From Candidatus Latescibacterota bacterium (GTDB taxonomy: Bacteria > Latescibacterota > UBA2968 > UBA8231): 64,000 bases of DNA. The translations under genes and the position numbers were made by a program. Within the stretch, counting starts at the first letter, position 1, and the number at the start of each line of letters is the position of its first letter. Location: NCBI GenBank assembly GCA_965208105.1, contig OZ242318.1, positions 640,001 through 704,000 on the forward strand, read 5' to 3'. Of this stretch, positions 47,811-57,298 are shown piece by piece. Under the pieces are notes generated by a model, which was not told the DNA's origin, ran no database searches, and saw nothing but the letters and a program-made list of their open reading frames with translations.

Positions 47811-49769
47811 CTACCACCCGTGGAGATGGTGGGCTTCGGAGGGGAACCAGATCAGGTCCACGACTGCTGACAGAATGATCCCGCTCGCATAGCCGATGGC
47901 CAACCCGTAAAAGAACGGTTTTCCCGCCAGGTAAGCGCGCACGCCACCGTAGCGCAGGAGGGTTACCTTGACCGCGCACACCAGCAACAGGCTGAACCAG
48001 TAGAGCCAGGTGCCGAAGGTGTACTGGAACGCCGGCCCGATGGGATGGAGGGGGAACCAGTGGAGGCGGGCGCGCAGAAAGGCGATCCCCGCCGCCTCGA
48101 AGAAACCCCAGAGCCAGACTACCCACTTGCCCAGGTCCAGGGTGGTCAGGCGCTCCACGTTGGCCAGACTGTCGAAGAACACCATTCCATAACCTCCCCC
48201 GATCACCGAGAAACCTCCGCGCTCGTAGGACAGGTCCAGGTAGGAGCCGATTATCACCAGAAAGCCCACCGGGAAGGCCACCAAGACGGCAGCAACCACC
48301 CACCCGGGCTGGTCCCGCAACGAGAAGATGCGCAGGTGGTGGGGAATAGCCGGCCAGGCCGGAATGCGAAAGGTGGAGAAGAAGGCGTGGGATGTGAAGA
48401 GCTTGAAGCCCACCAGGTCGCGCGGCGATATGTTGGCGGTGCCCACCAGGTCGACGATGAAGGACTCTCCCTTGAGGTGGGGCATGTTGGGGAACAGGTA
48501 GGCGAACCCGGTGGCCGCGATGAGCTTGATGGTGACGAAGTACACCAGCGCCATGAGGACGAAGACCCCAGCGGCCAGGGGAAGGCTCATCCCCAGCCAT
48601 ACTCCCCAGGCCACTATGTAGGCCCCGGAAAGCACCAGGCCAACCACCGCCAGGCGGTAGTGCGCCACGTCGCGGCGGTCGCCCGATCCCGAGCTCACCA
48701 GCCCCCAAACCCGCCTGAGATGTTTGCGCGCCAGCCAGATGGACCAGAGCGCCAGAAAGATGAGGGCGCCGTAGCTCTCCATGTAGAGGATGTCCCAGTT
48801 CTCCAGCTGCTGCCCCTCGTCACCGACGCTGACGCCCAGGCGCCGGATCATCCACTCCTTGGGCACGCTCAGCCAGTAGAACACCAGGAGGCTGGCGAGA
48901 ATGTCCAGGGGGCAGAGGTAGGCCAGAGCGAGGACCGGCGGCATCACCCTGAACCAGATTCCCCTGGGCAGATGCTGGCTGATCTGGACATTGTAGTGTT
49001 CGAAGAAGACATCCATCCTGGGCAGGCCCAGGGCGAAGTAGGTGATGATGTTGTAGAAGATGGTCAGGAAGACCACCCCGAAACCCAGCCAGAACAGGTA
49101 GGAGCGGAAGATGTCCGGCATGCGCCTCGGACCATCGAACCCCCGCGTCATCTCCAGGGGCATCTGGGCAAGGGGGAAAGTAAGCTTCTCGGCCTCGGTC
49201 CAATGGCGCTGGAACAGGGCGACCACGCACAGCCCGAAGACCACCATGGCCATCGACACTCCCAGCCACTGGCCGATCATGCCGGTCCAGCCGTACCAAG
49301 GCAGCTCCGCTCCCGAGGGGGACCCCATCCAGAATCCCTCCATCACCCAGCGCGCCGTCGATGGAAATATGTGCCATGGGACGAATGGAAAGACCGCATC
49401 CGCCCACTGATTTTCGGGGGTGGCGAAATAGCCGGGCGCCGCCACCAGGCTGAGCCAGTAGTTCATCCAGCCGCACTGGGGCAAGGTGCCAACCACCCAG
49501 ACCATCACGAAGATGGTCAGGACCTCGCCCCGGCGCAGCGCCATCCGCGGCCACAGGCGCTTGAGCCCCACGTTGGCGAAGAGCCAGATCACGAAGGGCA
49601 ACCACACCGTCATGGGAAACTGCGACTTCACGTAGCTCCCCGTGCGCATCCCCTGCCCAACGTAGGCCGAGTAGGTGAACACCGCGGCTATGGTCAGGAC
49701 TCCCAGGACGAGGGCCCTCAAGGAAATCCTCGGCAGCCCTTCATGTTGTCGATCTGGTTCGCGTCTCAT
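47811..49769 (-). CDS. DUF6785/DUF6784 multi-pass membrane protein (putative transporter)
   Basis: YFATPENQW, RHWTEAEKLTFPL, WFPLHPIG, LRYGG..Y..GKPFFYGLAIG. Confidence 0.8.
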   Translation of the reverse strand: MRREPDRQHEGLPRISLRALVLGVLTIAAVFTYSAYVGQGMRTGSYVKSQFPMTVWLPFVIWLFANVGLKRLWPRMALRRGEVLTIFVMVWVVGTLPQCGWMNYWLSLVAAPGYFATPENQWADAVFPFVPWHIFPSTARWVMEGFWMGSPSGAELPWYGWTGMIGQWLGVSMAMVVFGLCVVALFQRHWTEAEKLTFPLAQMPLEMTRGFDGPRRMPDIFRSYLFWLGFGVVFLTIFYNIITYFALGLPRMDVFFEHYNVQISQHLPRGIWFRVMPPVLALAYLCPLDILASLLVFYWLSVPKEWMIRRLGVSVGDEGQQLENWDILYMESYGALIFLALWSIWLARKHLRRVWGLVSSGSGDRRDVAHYRLAVVGLVLSGAYIVAWGVWLGMSLPLAAGVFVLMALVYFVTIKLIAATGFAYLFPNMPHLKGESFIVDLVGTANISPRDLVGFKLFTSHAFFSTFRIPAWPAIPHHLRIFSLRDQPGWVVAAVLVAFPVGFLVIIGSYLDLSYERGGFSVIGGGYGMVFFDSLANVERLTTLDLGKWVVWLWGFFEAAGIAFLRARLHWFPLHPIGPAFQYTFGTWLYWFSLLLVCAVKVTLLRYGGVRAYLAGKPFFYGLAIGYASGIILSAVVDLIWFPSEAHHLHGW

Positions 49770-49842
49770 AGTCTGAAACCGGCAAAGCTATCGAACGGGC
49801 GGGGACCGGACACTCTCCCGATCACCTGATCGACGGGGCCGA

Positions 49843-50682
49843 CTACCCCTTCAACGCCCCCTCGGTCAATCCGCCGATAATCCTTCTCTGCAGGAAGAGG
49901 AACACCACGATCAGCGGCACCGCCACGATCACGATCGCCGCCGAGAGGACGCCGAATGCCCAGGACTGGGCCTCGTCTTTCAGGTAGGTGATTCCCACCG
50001 CCAGGGTGGTGGACTGAGGAAGGGAGTTCAAGGTCACAGCGTAGGTGTACTCCTTCCAGCACGACAAAAAGGTCATCAGAATCACCACAACCATCGACGG
50101 CTGCGCAATGGGCAGCATCACCCTCCACCAGATGGTGAACTCCCCGGCGCCGTCCATCTGGGCCACCTGGCGCAGATCGGCGGGGATTGCGAGGAAGGCC
50201 GAGCGCATGATAAGGATCCCGACGGGGAGAAACATCGCCGCGTAAGGGAGTATCAACCCCGGAAGGGTATTCAAAAGGCCCAGCTTCACCTCCATCTCGT
50301 AGATGGGCATCAGCATCATCATCCACGGGACCGCCATGATGAACAGGAGAAACCCCAGCATGAGGCGCTTGCCCGCGAACTGCAGGTGGGCAAGGGCATA
50401 GCCGCACAACGAACTGACCAGCAGCACCGCCGCCACCGTCGCCAAGGTGATCTTGATGGTGTTGAAGCAGTACACCGGAAAATCACCCAGTTGGCTGTAG
50501 ACGTGAGCGTAGTGTTCGAGGGTGGGCTCCAGAGGCAGGAAGTGGAAGTCGCGGGCGGCGTAAATCTCCCTTTCAGGCTTGATGCTCGTCAGCCCGATCC
50601 ACAACATCGGAGAAAGATATATCAAGGCGAAAGCGGCCAGCAGGAAACCCAGGATTCCTCTTTCCCATCTCGCCGCGATCAC
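49843..50682 (-). CDS. Carbohydrate ABC transporter permease (MalG-like)
   Basis: GYALAHLQFAGK, EAA-like QVAQMDGAGE, QRRIIGGLTEGALKG. GTG start at 50682. Confidence 0.92.
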   Translation of the reverse strand: MIAARWERGILGFLLAAFALIYLSPMLWIGLTSIKPEREIYAARDFHFLPLEPTLEHYAHVYSQLGDFPVYCFNTIKITLATVAAVLLVSSLCGYALAHLQFAGKRLMLGFLLFIMAVPWMMMLMPIYEMEVKLGLLNTLPGLILPYAAMFLPVGILIMRSAFLAIPADLRQVAQMDGAGEFTIWWRVMLPIAQPSMVVVILMTFLSCWKEYTYAVTLNSLPQSTTLAVGITYLKDEAQSWAFGVLSAAIVIVAVPLIVVFLFLQRRIIGGLTEGALKG

Positions 50683-51560
50683 GTCCCCTGCTCCCTGCGC
50701 GACAGCAGCAGCCGGGGCGCCGCAATGGCCATGATCATCAGGCCCAGAATGAAGGCCATCGCGCAGGCGTAGCCCATGTCGAAATACTCGAAGGCGTTCT
50801 TGAACACCCAGTGATACATGGTGAGCGTCGCCGTTCCGGGTCCCCCGTCCGTCATCACCTTCGGCAGCGCGAAAACCTTGAGCGCAGCGATCAGGGCCAA
50901 AACCAGCACCACCGTGGTGGTATGGCGCAGGGACGGCAGGGTAACGTGTAGAAAGCGGCGCAGCGGACCGGCTCCGTCGATGGCCGCAGCCTCGTAGTAC
51001 ATCCTGGGGATATTGCCCAGGCCGGCGCTGAACAGCACCACGCTCACCCCGATGCCCCAATAGCTGGTGAGCACGATGGCGGCCATGGACCATCCCACCT
51101 CCCCCAGCCAGTTCACCGCGAAGGGAGCTCCCGCCGCCGCGGATACCACCCGGTTCAGCAGTCCGAAGCGCTCCGACAGCATCCAGATGAAGATGACGGC
51201 GGCCATGGCCTCGGGGATCAACACCGGAATGAACAGCAAGGTCTGACACGTCCGCCCGAACCTGCCCAGGGCCTGGATCATCACCGCCAGCAGCAACGCC
51301 AGGCCCGCGGAAACGGGCACGTGCAGGGCGGTGAACAAAAGGGTGTTCCACATCGCCGTCCTGAAGAGCGGATCGAGCACAGCCCTGGAGTAGTTCTCCA
51401 GACCCACGAAAGCGGTTGTGTTGGACCAGATGAGGTTGTAATCGGTCAGGCTCAGCCACAGCGACCAGGCCAGGGGATAGGCCACGAATACCACCAGGAA
51501 CACCAGGGCCGGAAATGCGAAGAGGTAGCCGGAGAGGGTTTGGCGACCGGGCCTAATCAA
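50679..51560 (-). CDS. Carbohydrate ABC transporter permease (MalF-like)
   Basis: FVGLENY, YYEAAAIDGA, MTDGGPG, FDMGYACA. Confidence 0.93.
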   Translation of the reverse strand: MIRPGRQTLSGYLFAFPALVFLVVFVAYPLAWSLWLSLTDYNLIWSNTTAFVGLENYSRAVLDPLFRTAMWNTLLFTALHVPVSAGLALLLAVMIQALGRFGRTCQTLLFIPVLIPEAMAAVIFIWMLSERFGLLNRVVSAAAGAPFAVNWLGEVGWSMAAIVLTSYWGIGVSVVLFSAGLGNIPRMYYEAAAIDGAGPLRRFLHVTLPSLRHTTTVVLVLALIAALKVFALPKVMTDGGPGTATLTMYHWVFKNAFEYFDMGYACAMAFILGLMIMAIAAPRLLLSRREQGT

Positions 51561-52890
51561 AGTGCTTCCTCACATCGGTCAAATTCAACTGCGCCAGCTC
51601 CCCCTGCAGCCGCTCCAACATGGGCTCCAATTCCATCTGTCCCGTCAAATACCCCTGCACGTTGCGCTTGATCGCATCGGTGAGCTGCAGCTCGTCGCGG
51701 AACATGGGATCCGCCGCCGAACCGTCCGCCCACGCCGCCAGCCAGTGCGCCTCCGGCTCGTCCAGGTTGTCGAAGACGCCCAGCAGGCACGGCAGTTTGC
51801 CGTATTTCTCCCAGGCGAACCTGGAAAAGTAAGGCGCCATCAGCTCTTCTTCAACAAAGAGCCGGGCAAGACCGACGGCCCGGCTGTTGGCGGGAATCAC
51901 CGCGCTTCTCGTCCCTCCCACTACACCCCTGGAACCGGGCAGCGCCATTATGGTCGTGGTTCCCGGCCCCAGGGTCTCCTGGGCTTCGAGATAGCGCGAA
52001 TGAGTGGTCAGTATCATCGCCACCAGCCTCGCCTTCAGGTCCGAACGCGGCTGGTTGACGTCGGTCATCGAAGCCAGGGTGGCAATGCCCTCCCCGGCTC
52101 CCGCCCGGGTCAGCCGGAGAAGCTGCCGCACTTCAGGCAGGTCGATGAGAAGGGCGCCGGAGACCGGGTCCACCAGGGTTCCCCGAGCCCCCTTCACGGC
52201 GGCGAACAGCATGTTGTTCGGCCAACTCCAGTTCGCCGCCATTCCCACCACCTGCACGTGCCCCTTCGAGTCGCGCACGGTCATCCTGCGGGCATAGTCG
52301 AACACCTCCTCCCAGTCGCGCGCGGGGATCATCCGCCCCCGGCCATCCAGCAAGCGCGCCCGCTCCGCCATCTCCTTATTGACGCAGAAGCAGAGGACCT
52401 CGGCCGTGACCGGCAAGCCGTACTGCCTGCCGCCGAAGCGGTTCATGTCGTAGAACGTCCCGATGAACGCCGAACGCCGCAGCCCGGACCGGGTCCGGAC
52501 GAAATCGTCCCAGGGCAGCAGCAGGTCCCGGGCGGCCCAGAGAGCAACCGTGTTTTCCACCGTCCCGAAGAACAGGTCCATTTCGCTGCGGCGGCTCATC
52601 ATCGCCACCAGCAACCGGTTGGGGTAGCCCTCCGGCGCCTTCAGGAGCTCCACCTCCACTCCGGGATGGTTGTTTTCGAAGCGCTCCACCGCGGTGCGCA
52701 GCGGATACTTCTTGAACATCCACGGCTCGGACATCACCCGCAGCCGGGTCTGACTGTGCCCGCCTCCATCGCCGCCGCAGGAGGGGATACCCAGACTCAG
52801 GGCCAGGCTCAGCCCCCAGATTCGCAGGAGCCGCCATTTCGGACCCTGCGGAGCCCGCCGACGAGCTGGAAACAGGACGAATGGATTCAT
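51553..52890 (-). CDS. ABC transporter solute-binding lipoprotein
   Basis: Lipobox-like IPSC, FENNHPGVEVEL, GRQYGLP, VNKEM. Confidence 0.88.
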   Translation of the reverse strand: MNPFVLFPARRRAPQGPKWRLLRIWGLSLALSLGIPSCGGDGGGHSQTRLRVMSEPWMFKKYPLRTAVERFENNHPGVEVELLKAPEGYPNRLLVAMMSRRSEMDLFFGTVENTVALWAARDLLLPWDDFVRTRSGLRRSAFIGTFYDMNRFGGRQYGLPVTAEVLCFCVNKEMAERARLLDGRGRMIPARDWEEVFDYARRMTVRDSKGHVQVVGMAANWSWPNNMLFAAVKGARGTLVDPVSGALLIDLPEVRQLLRLTRAGAGEGIATLASMTDVNQPRSDLKARLVAMILTTHSRYLEAQETLGPGTTTIMALPGSRGVVGGTRSAVIPANSRAVGLARLFVEEELMAPYFSRFAWEKYGKLPCLLGVFDNLDEPEAHWLAAWADGSAADPMFRDELQLTDAIKRNVQGYLTGQMELEPMLERLQGELAQLNLTDVRKHFD

Positions 52891-54515
52891 CGGACCTGTT
52901 CACCCAGGGGTTTGCGGGAAGGAAACCCCGCCCGGTAGCGCTCCAGGTTGGCCCTGAGGCGGGCGGTATCCAGCTTTCGCTGCTGCGCCGCCGCCAGGAT
53001 CTCCTCCTGCAACCGCACCGCCTCCCCGAAGCGGCCGACCTCCGCCAGGGCCATGGCCAGCACCTCTGCGGCCGAGGCCGATTGATCGGCGGCGGCCACC
53101 CGGCGCGCAATGGCCAGGGCCCGCGGTCCGTCGCGAAACTCGACCAGGGGGCATGCCGCCAGCAGACGCGCGTAAGCAAGGGCCAGTGCATGGTCGTGGG
53201 GACGAGCGGCGAAGCCATCGCGGAGCAGGTCCCTGGCCGCTTCCCAGCTCTCGAGCTGCATCAGGGCCATGGCCTTCCCCACCAGGGCCGCGGCCTCGCC
53301 CGGCTCCATCTCCAGGACCCGGTCGAAGTGGGAGGCGGCGTCCTCGAACCGGCGCAGCCGCAGCAGGGCGTTGGCGAGGTTGAAGTAGGCGTTCTTGTAA
53401 CCCGGCCTGAGGGCGATGGCCTCGCCGTAGTGGTCCAGTGCTTCGCGGTCCCGGCCCTGCCTGGCCAGCACGGCGGCCAGGTTGAAATGGGCGAGGGCGT
53501 CCCCGGGGTCGAGCCGCAGAGCATGGCCCAGTTGCCCGGCGGCGCCTTCCAGGTCGTCCAACCTGCTCAGGACCGCAGCCAGGTTGACGCGGAATTCTCC
53601 GTTGTCGGGGTCGGCTTTCACCGCCTTCCTGTAGGCCTCCAGCGCCTCCTGCAGACGACCCTGGCGATAGGCCTCGTTGCCGCGCGCCTGGAGGCTGCGT
53701 GAGCCGGCGGCGAGCTCGGCGAGAACCTCCATCAGGGGATCTTCCAGCGAGACCTTGCGGGCGCCCTGGCGTTCCATGAAGAAGCGCGCCTTCTCCACCT
53801 CTCCCCTCGCCCGATAGGCCATGCCCAGAGGATAGAAGACCGCGGTGGCGCCTGGTTCCAGCTCCAGCGCCGCCTCGAGATAGCGGATGGCCTGGTCGTG
53901 GTCGCCTCGAAGGGATGCCAGCCGGCCCCTGCGGACGAGAACCGCGGGGTTGGAAGCCTCCTCCCGGGCCTTGTCCAGGAAGCGGGCGGCCTCGTCGAGA
54001 TGGTTCGCCTCCATGTGGAGGTCGGCCAGGGCGACGGCGGCGGGAAGGTAGGCCGGGTTGAGCTCGAGAGCGCGCTCGTAGCGGTCCAGACTCTCTTCCC
54101 ACCTTCCCTTCCTGCGCAGGACAGTTCCCAGGTAGTAGCTCCAGCGGAAATCATCGGGGGCCAGCTGCGCGGCATTGAGAAAACAGGCCTGCGCCGCCTG
54201 CTCGAAGGAATAGGCCAGGTAGAGCTGACCTTGCTGGCCCAGCAGGCGGCTCAGCTCGTCAGGACCGGAATCGGACCGCTCCAGGGCCGCGTCCAGCCTT
54301 TCCTGGGCCCCTTCGAGCTGGCCCCGCACGAGGGGCTCCATCGAGGCAAAATCGGGCGCGGGTATGTCCACCCATCGAGCGGTGGCCGGGGCCTCGGGTT
54401 CGGGTCCGCAGTGGATGCAGAATGCAAGGAGCGCGAGACCCGCTGAACGGAGAAGCTCCCTGCGGCGGGTCCCGGGACTTCTCGAGGCGGAGCCGCGGAC
54501 CTTCGTCCTGTTCAT
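52887..54515 (-). CDS. Tetratricopeptide-repeat (lipo)protein
   Basis: Many TPRs (YYLG..., AHFNLA, AYFNLANAL) and C-terminal RDGPRALAIA. ATG at 54515. Confidence 0.9.
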   Translation of the reverse strand: MNRTKVRGSASRSPGTRRRELLRSAGLALLAFCIHCGPEPEAPATARWVDIPAPDFASMEPLVRGQLEGAQERLDAALERSDSGPDELSRLLGQQGQLYLAYSFEQAAQACFLNAAQLAPDDFRWSYYLGTVLRRKGRWEESLDRYERALELNPAYLPAAVALADLHMEANHLDEAARFLDKAREEASNPAVLVRRGRLASLRGDHDQAIRYLEAALELEPGATAVFYPLGMAYRARGEVEKARFFMERQGARKVSLEDPLMEVLAELAAGSRSLQARGNEAYRQGRLQEALEAYRKAVKADPDNGEFRVNLAAVLSRLDDLEGAAGQLGHALRLDPGDALAHFNLAAVLARQGRDREALDHYGEAIALRPGYKNAYFNLANALLRLRRFEDAASHFDRVLEMEPGEAAALVGKAMALMQLESWEAARDLLRDGFAARPHDHALALAYARLLAACPLVEFRDGPRALAIARRVAAADQSASAAEVLAMALAEVGRFGEAVRLQEEILAAAQQRKLDTARLRANLERYRAGFPSRKPLGEQVR

Positions 54516-54519
54516 CTTC

Positions 54520-56268
54520 TCAGGGCAGCGGGAGGCCGCTGCCCCGCTCCAGGGTATGGTAGCGATTGAGGTCAAAGGAGCTCCCCTCCCAGCGCTCGCG
54601 GGTGCCGTCGGGCCAGAGCACCTCGAGACGGCGGACCGTCGCCGCCGCGCCCAGCCCGAAAAGGACGCGTGGGTCGTTGGAGGAACAATAGCTGCCATCG
54701 GCGCGCACCCGGCGCCAGAGGGTGCGGCCGTCGCCCAGGGTGCAGCCGACGCGGGCGCCGAACTGGTCGCGCCCGCCCTCGCCGCCGACCAGGCGCAGGC
54801 CGAGATAGGCATTGCGCTGCCCCACGTTGTTGACCAGCAGCCGGGCGGGGCCGCTGTTGTTGAGGACGAGCACATCCGTATCGCCGTCGTTGTCCACGTC
54901 GCCGAAGGCGGCGCCGCGGCTGACCTCCGAGAGCGCGAAGACGGCTCCGGCGGCGGAGCTCACCTCCTCGAAGCGGCCCTTGCCGCGGTTGCGAAACAGC
55001 TGGTTGGTCTGATGCAGTGGCAGGGGATCCCCCGCCTGGACCAGGGCCTCGATCACGCGCACCGCTCCGTTGACCGCGAGCAGGTCGAGCCAGCCGTCGT
55101 TGTCGTAGTCCAGGTAGGCGGTGCCGAACCCGGTGAAGCCGCGGCTGGGAGCCCCGAGGCCGGCCTCGATGGTATCGTCCTCGAAGAAAGCGCCCCCCTG
55201 GTTGCGGTAGAGAGTATTGGTTTCTTCGGCCAGGTGGGTCATGAAGAGATCGTCGTCCCCGTCTCCGTCCATATCTCCCGCGTCGATGCCCATGCTGCCC
55301 TCGGGGATTCCCTGGGCGTTGAAGGCGGTCCCGCTCATGAGCGCCTGGTTGTCGAAGCGGCCGTCGCCCCGGTTGATCCACAACTGGTTGGCCATGCCGT
55401 CGTTGGCCACGTAGATATCGGGCCAATCGTCACCGCTGAAGTCGGCGGCGATGACACCGAGGGCCCCGCCGTATTCGGTGGTGATTCGGGAGAAGGCTGA
55501 AACGTCCTCGAAGGTCCCGTCGCCGAGGTTGCGCAGGAGCCGGTCCGGATAGGGCCGGTAGGTCAGGGGCCCGCAATAGTCCTCGGCACCGGCTGGCGAA
55601 TAGCAGGACTTGTGCACGGCCGGGGAAAAATCGACGTAATTTCCCACGTAGAGGTCGAGCCAGCCGTCGCCGTCGTAGTCCACGAAGGTGGCGCTGGTGC
55701 TCCAGCGCCGGTCGTCCGCGGCGGCGGCCAGGGTGACGTCGGTGAAGGTGCCGTCGCCGTTGTTGCGCAGCATCTGGTTGGCGCCGAAGTTGGTTACGTA
55801 GAGGTCCGGCAGGCCGTCATTGGTGAAATCTCCGGCCGCAACCCCCATCCCATAGCCGTCAGCGGCGATGCCTGCCGCGGCGGTGGCGTCGGAGAAGCGG
55901 AGCTGCCCTCTCTCCTCCAGGTGGTTGCGAAACAGGCGGTCGCTCCGCGCGCCTGCGGAGGGAGAGGTGGCCTCCTCCTCAATATCCTCTCCGATCGGAG
56001 CCCCCTGGACCAGGTAGGCATCGAGGTCGCCGTCGGCATCGTAGTCGAGGAGGGCGCCGCCGGGGCCGATGATCTCGGCCAGGTAGCGTCGCCCCGACAT
56101 CCCGTTGAAGTGGGTGAAGTCCAGGCCAAGGTCAGGCGCGCGGTCGGTGAAGATCTCCGCCGCGGCCGGAGCCTGCGATTCGGAGTCGCCGGGAGGGCCA
56201 GGGTCGAAGCCGCAGCCCAGGAAACCGATCAGAAAGGGGAGGCCTATTTCAACTGGTCGTATTACCAA
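54520..56268 (-). CDS. CRTAC1 / ASPIC-UnbV FG-GAP repeat lipoprotein
   Basis: Lipobox FLGC, repeated DYDxDGxxDLY, SRGAAFGDVDNDGD, C-terminal GSYCSSND..FGLG. Confidence 0.92.
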   Translation of the reverse strand: MVIRPVEIGLPFLIGFLGCGFDPGPPGDSESQAPAAAEIFTDRAPDLGLDFTHFNGMSGRRYLAEIIGPGGALLDYDADGDLDAYLVQGAPIGEDIEEEATSPSAGARSDRLFRNHLEERGQLRFSDATAAAGIAADGYGMGVAAGDFTNDGLPDLYVTNFGANQMLRNNGDGTFTDVTLAAAADDRRWSTSATFVDYDGDGWLDLYVGNYVDFSPAVHKSCYSPAGAEDYCGPLTYRPYPDRLLRNLGDGTFEDVSAFSRITTEYGGALGVIAADFSGDDWPDIYVANDGMANQLWINRGDGRFDNQALMSGTAFNAQGIPEGSMGIDAGDMDGDGDDDLFMTHLAEETNTLYRNQGGAFFEDDTIEAGLGAPSRGFTGFGTAYLDYDNDGWLDLLAVNGAVRVIEALVQAGDPLPLHQTNQLFRNRGKGRFEEVSSAAGAVFALSEVSRGAAFGDVDNDGDTDVLVLNNSGPARLLVNNVGQRNAYLGLRLVGGEGGRDQFGARVGCTLGDGRTLWRRVRADGSYCSSNDPRVLFGLGAAATVRRLEVLWPDGTRERWEGSSFDLNRYHTLERGSGLPLP

Positions 56269-57128
56269 TCGCCCGGAAACCTCACATAATCTAGGTCCAG
56301 CGGCTGCTTGAGCATTTCTTCCAACTCCAGGAGGTCCGGTCGGCCTTCCGGAACGCCCTTCTCAATTCTCCCGTCGGGATGTATCGTCACCGTCGTCGTC
56401 ACCTTCATGAACGCCTTTTCCGCTCTCGTTCGCGACACCTGTATGCCGTCCCGCGCAACCGCAATGCGGGAGTGTGCGATACGTCCCTCCCCGATTAGCC
56501 GGAAGAGAAGGGCCAGGACGCCGGACTGCGGGCGCGCTGTAATTCCCTCGATCTCATCGTAGACGACCCAGTCCCCGTAGTCCAGCAGGCGATAGGTGAT
56601 TACCTGCCGATTGGTCACCTTGACCGTTGGCGTCGAAAGAGAATCTATGTAGGAATAGCGGTCGGGCCTGCCCGGTCCGTCCTCCCAGCTCATCCGCAAA
56701 TTCACTGCCAGCTCCGGCATCGGTCCTTCCTTCACCTCGCGGATTGCCCGGTCTTCCCGGTAGTCCAGCTCCATATTCTGTTCGTATCGATGGTTCAGCA
56801 GGGCGTACTCCGGCACCGTGTCCTCCGTCCTGCCGGTAGCCGCCAGAAAGGAAAGATACCAGTCCTCGTGCCCGATGAAGAGCGGCATTCCGCCTGGATC
56901 TCGCTCCCTGGCCTGCCGCGCAAGATCGAACAGCACCTCCGCCATCCACGCTCCATTGGTCGTCGACGTCAGCTCATAATCCCCGTAGTGCCGCCGCATG
57001 GCCCCCAGCACCTCCGACCGGTCCGCCACAACCTGGTCCCGCTTCACAGCGGTCAGCGGGCCGGGCAGCGTCAACAGGCAGAACAGGACCGCGATCCTCA
57101 ATCCACCAATGTATTGGCTAATTTTCAT
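56262..57128 (-). CDS. Secreted hypothetical protein
   Basis: 288-aa ORF with signal peptide, stop overlapping the ASPIC gene start. Confidence 0.7.
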   Translation of the reverse strand: MKISQYIGGLRIAVLFCLLTLPGPLTAVKRDQVVADRSEVLGAMRRHYGDYELTSTTNGAWMAEVLFDLARQARERDPGGMPLFIGHEDWYLSFLAATGRTEDTVPEYALLNHRYEQNMELDYREDRAIREVKEGPMPELAVNLRMSWEDGPGRPDRYSYIDSLSTPTVKVTNRQVITYRLLDYGDWVVYDEIEGITARPQSGVLALLFRLIGEGRIAHSRIAVARDGIQVSRTRAEKAFMKVTTTVTIHPDGRIEKGVPEGRPDLLELEEMLKQPLDLDYVRFPGDW

Positions 57129-57298
57129 AGTCCATATCCTGCCCCCGAAAGGAGAGTTGCACGTGAGTCATTGCCGCGCAGGCCATCAAAGCTTCGATGC
57201 AAGGCTTCGGCCGCGCGAATCCATCGGTGATGCGCGAACCTGGCTTCTTCTTCCAAATCGCGGTCTGCGGCATTCTCATCCACCTTCGCAGAGTTCTT

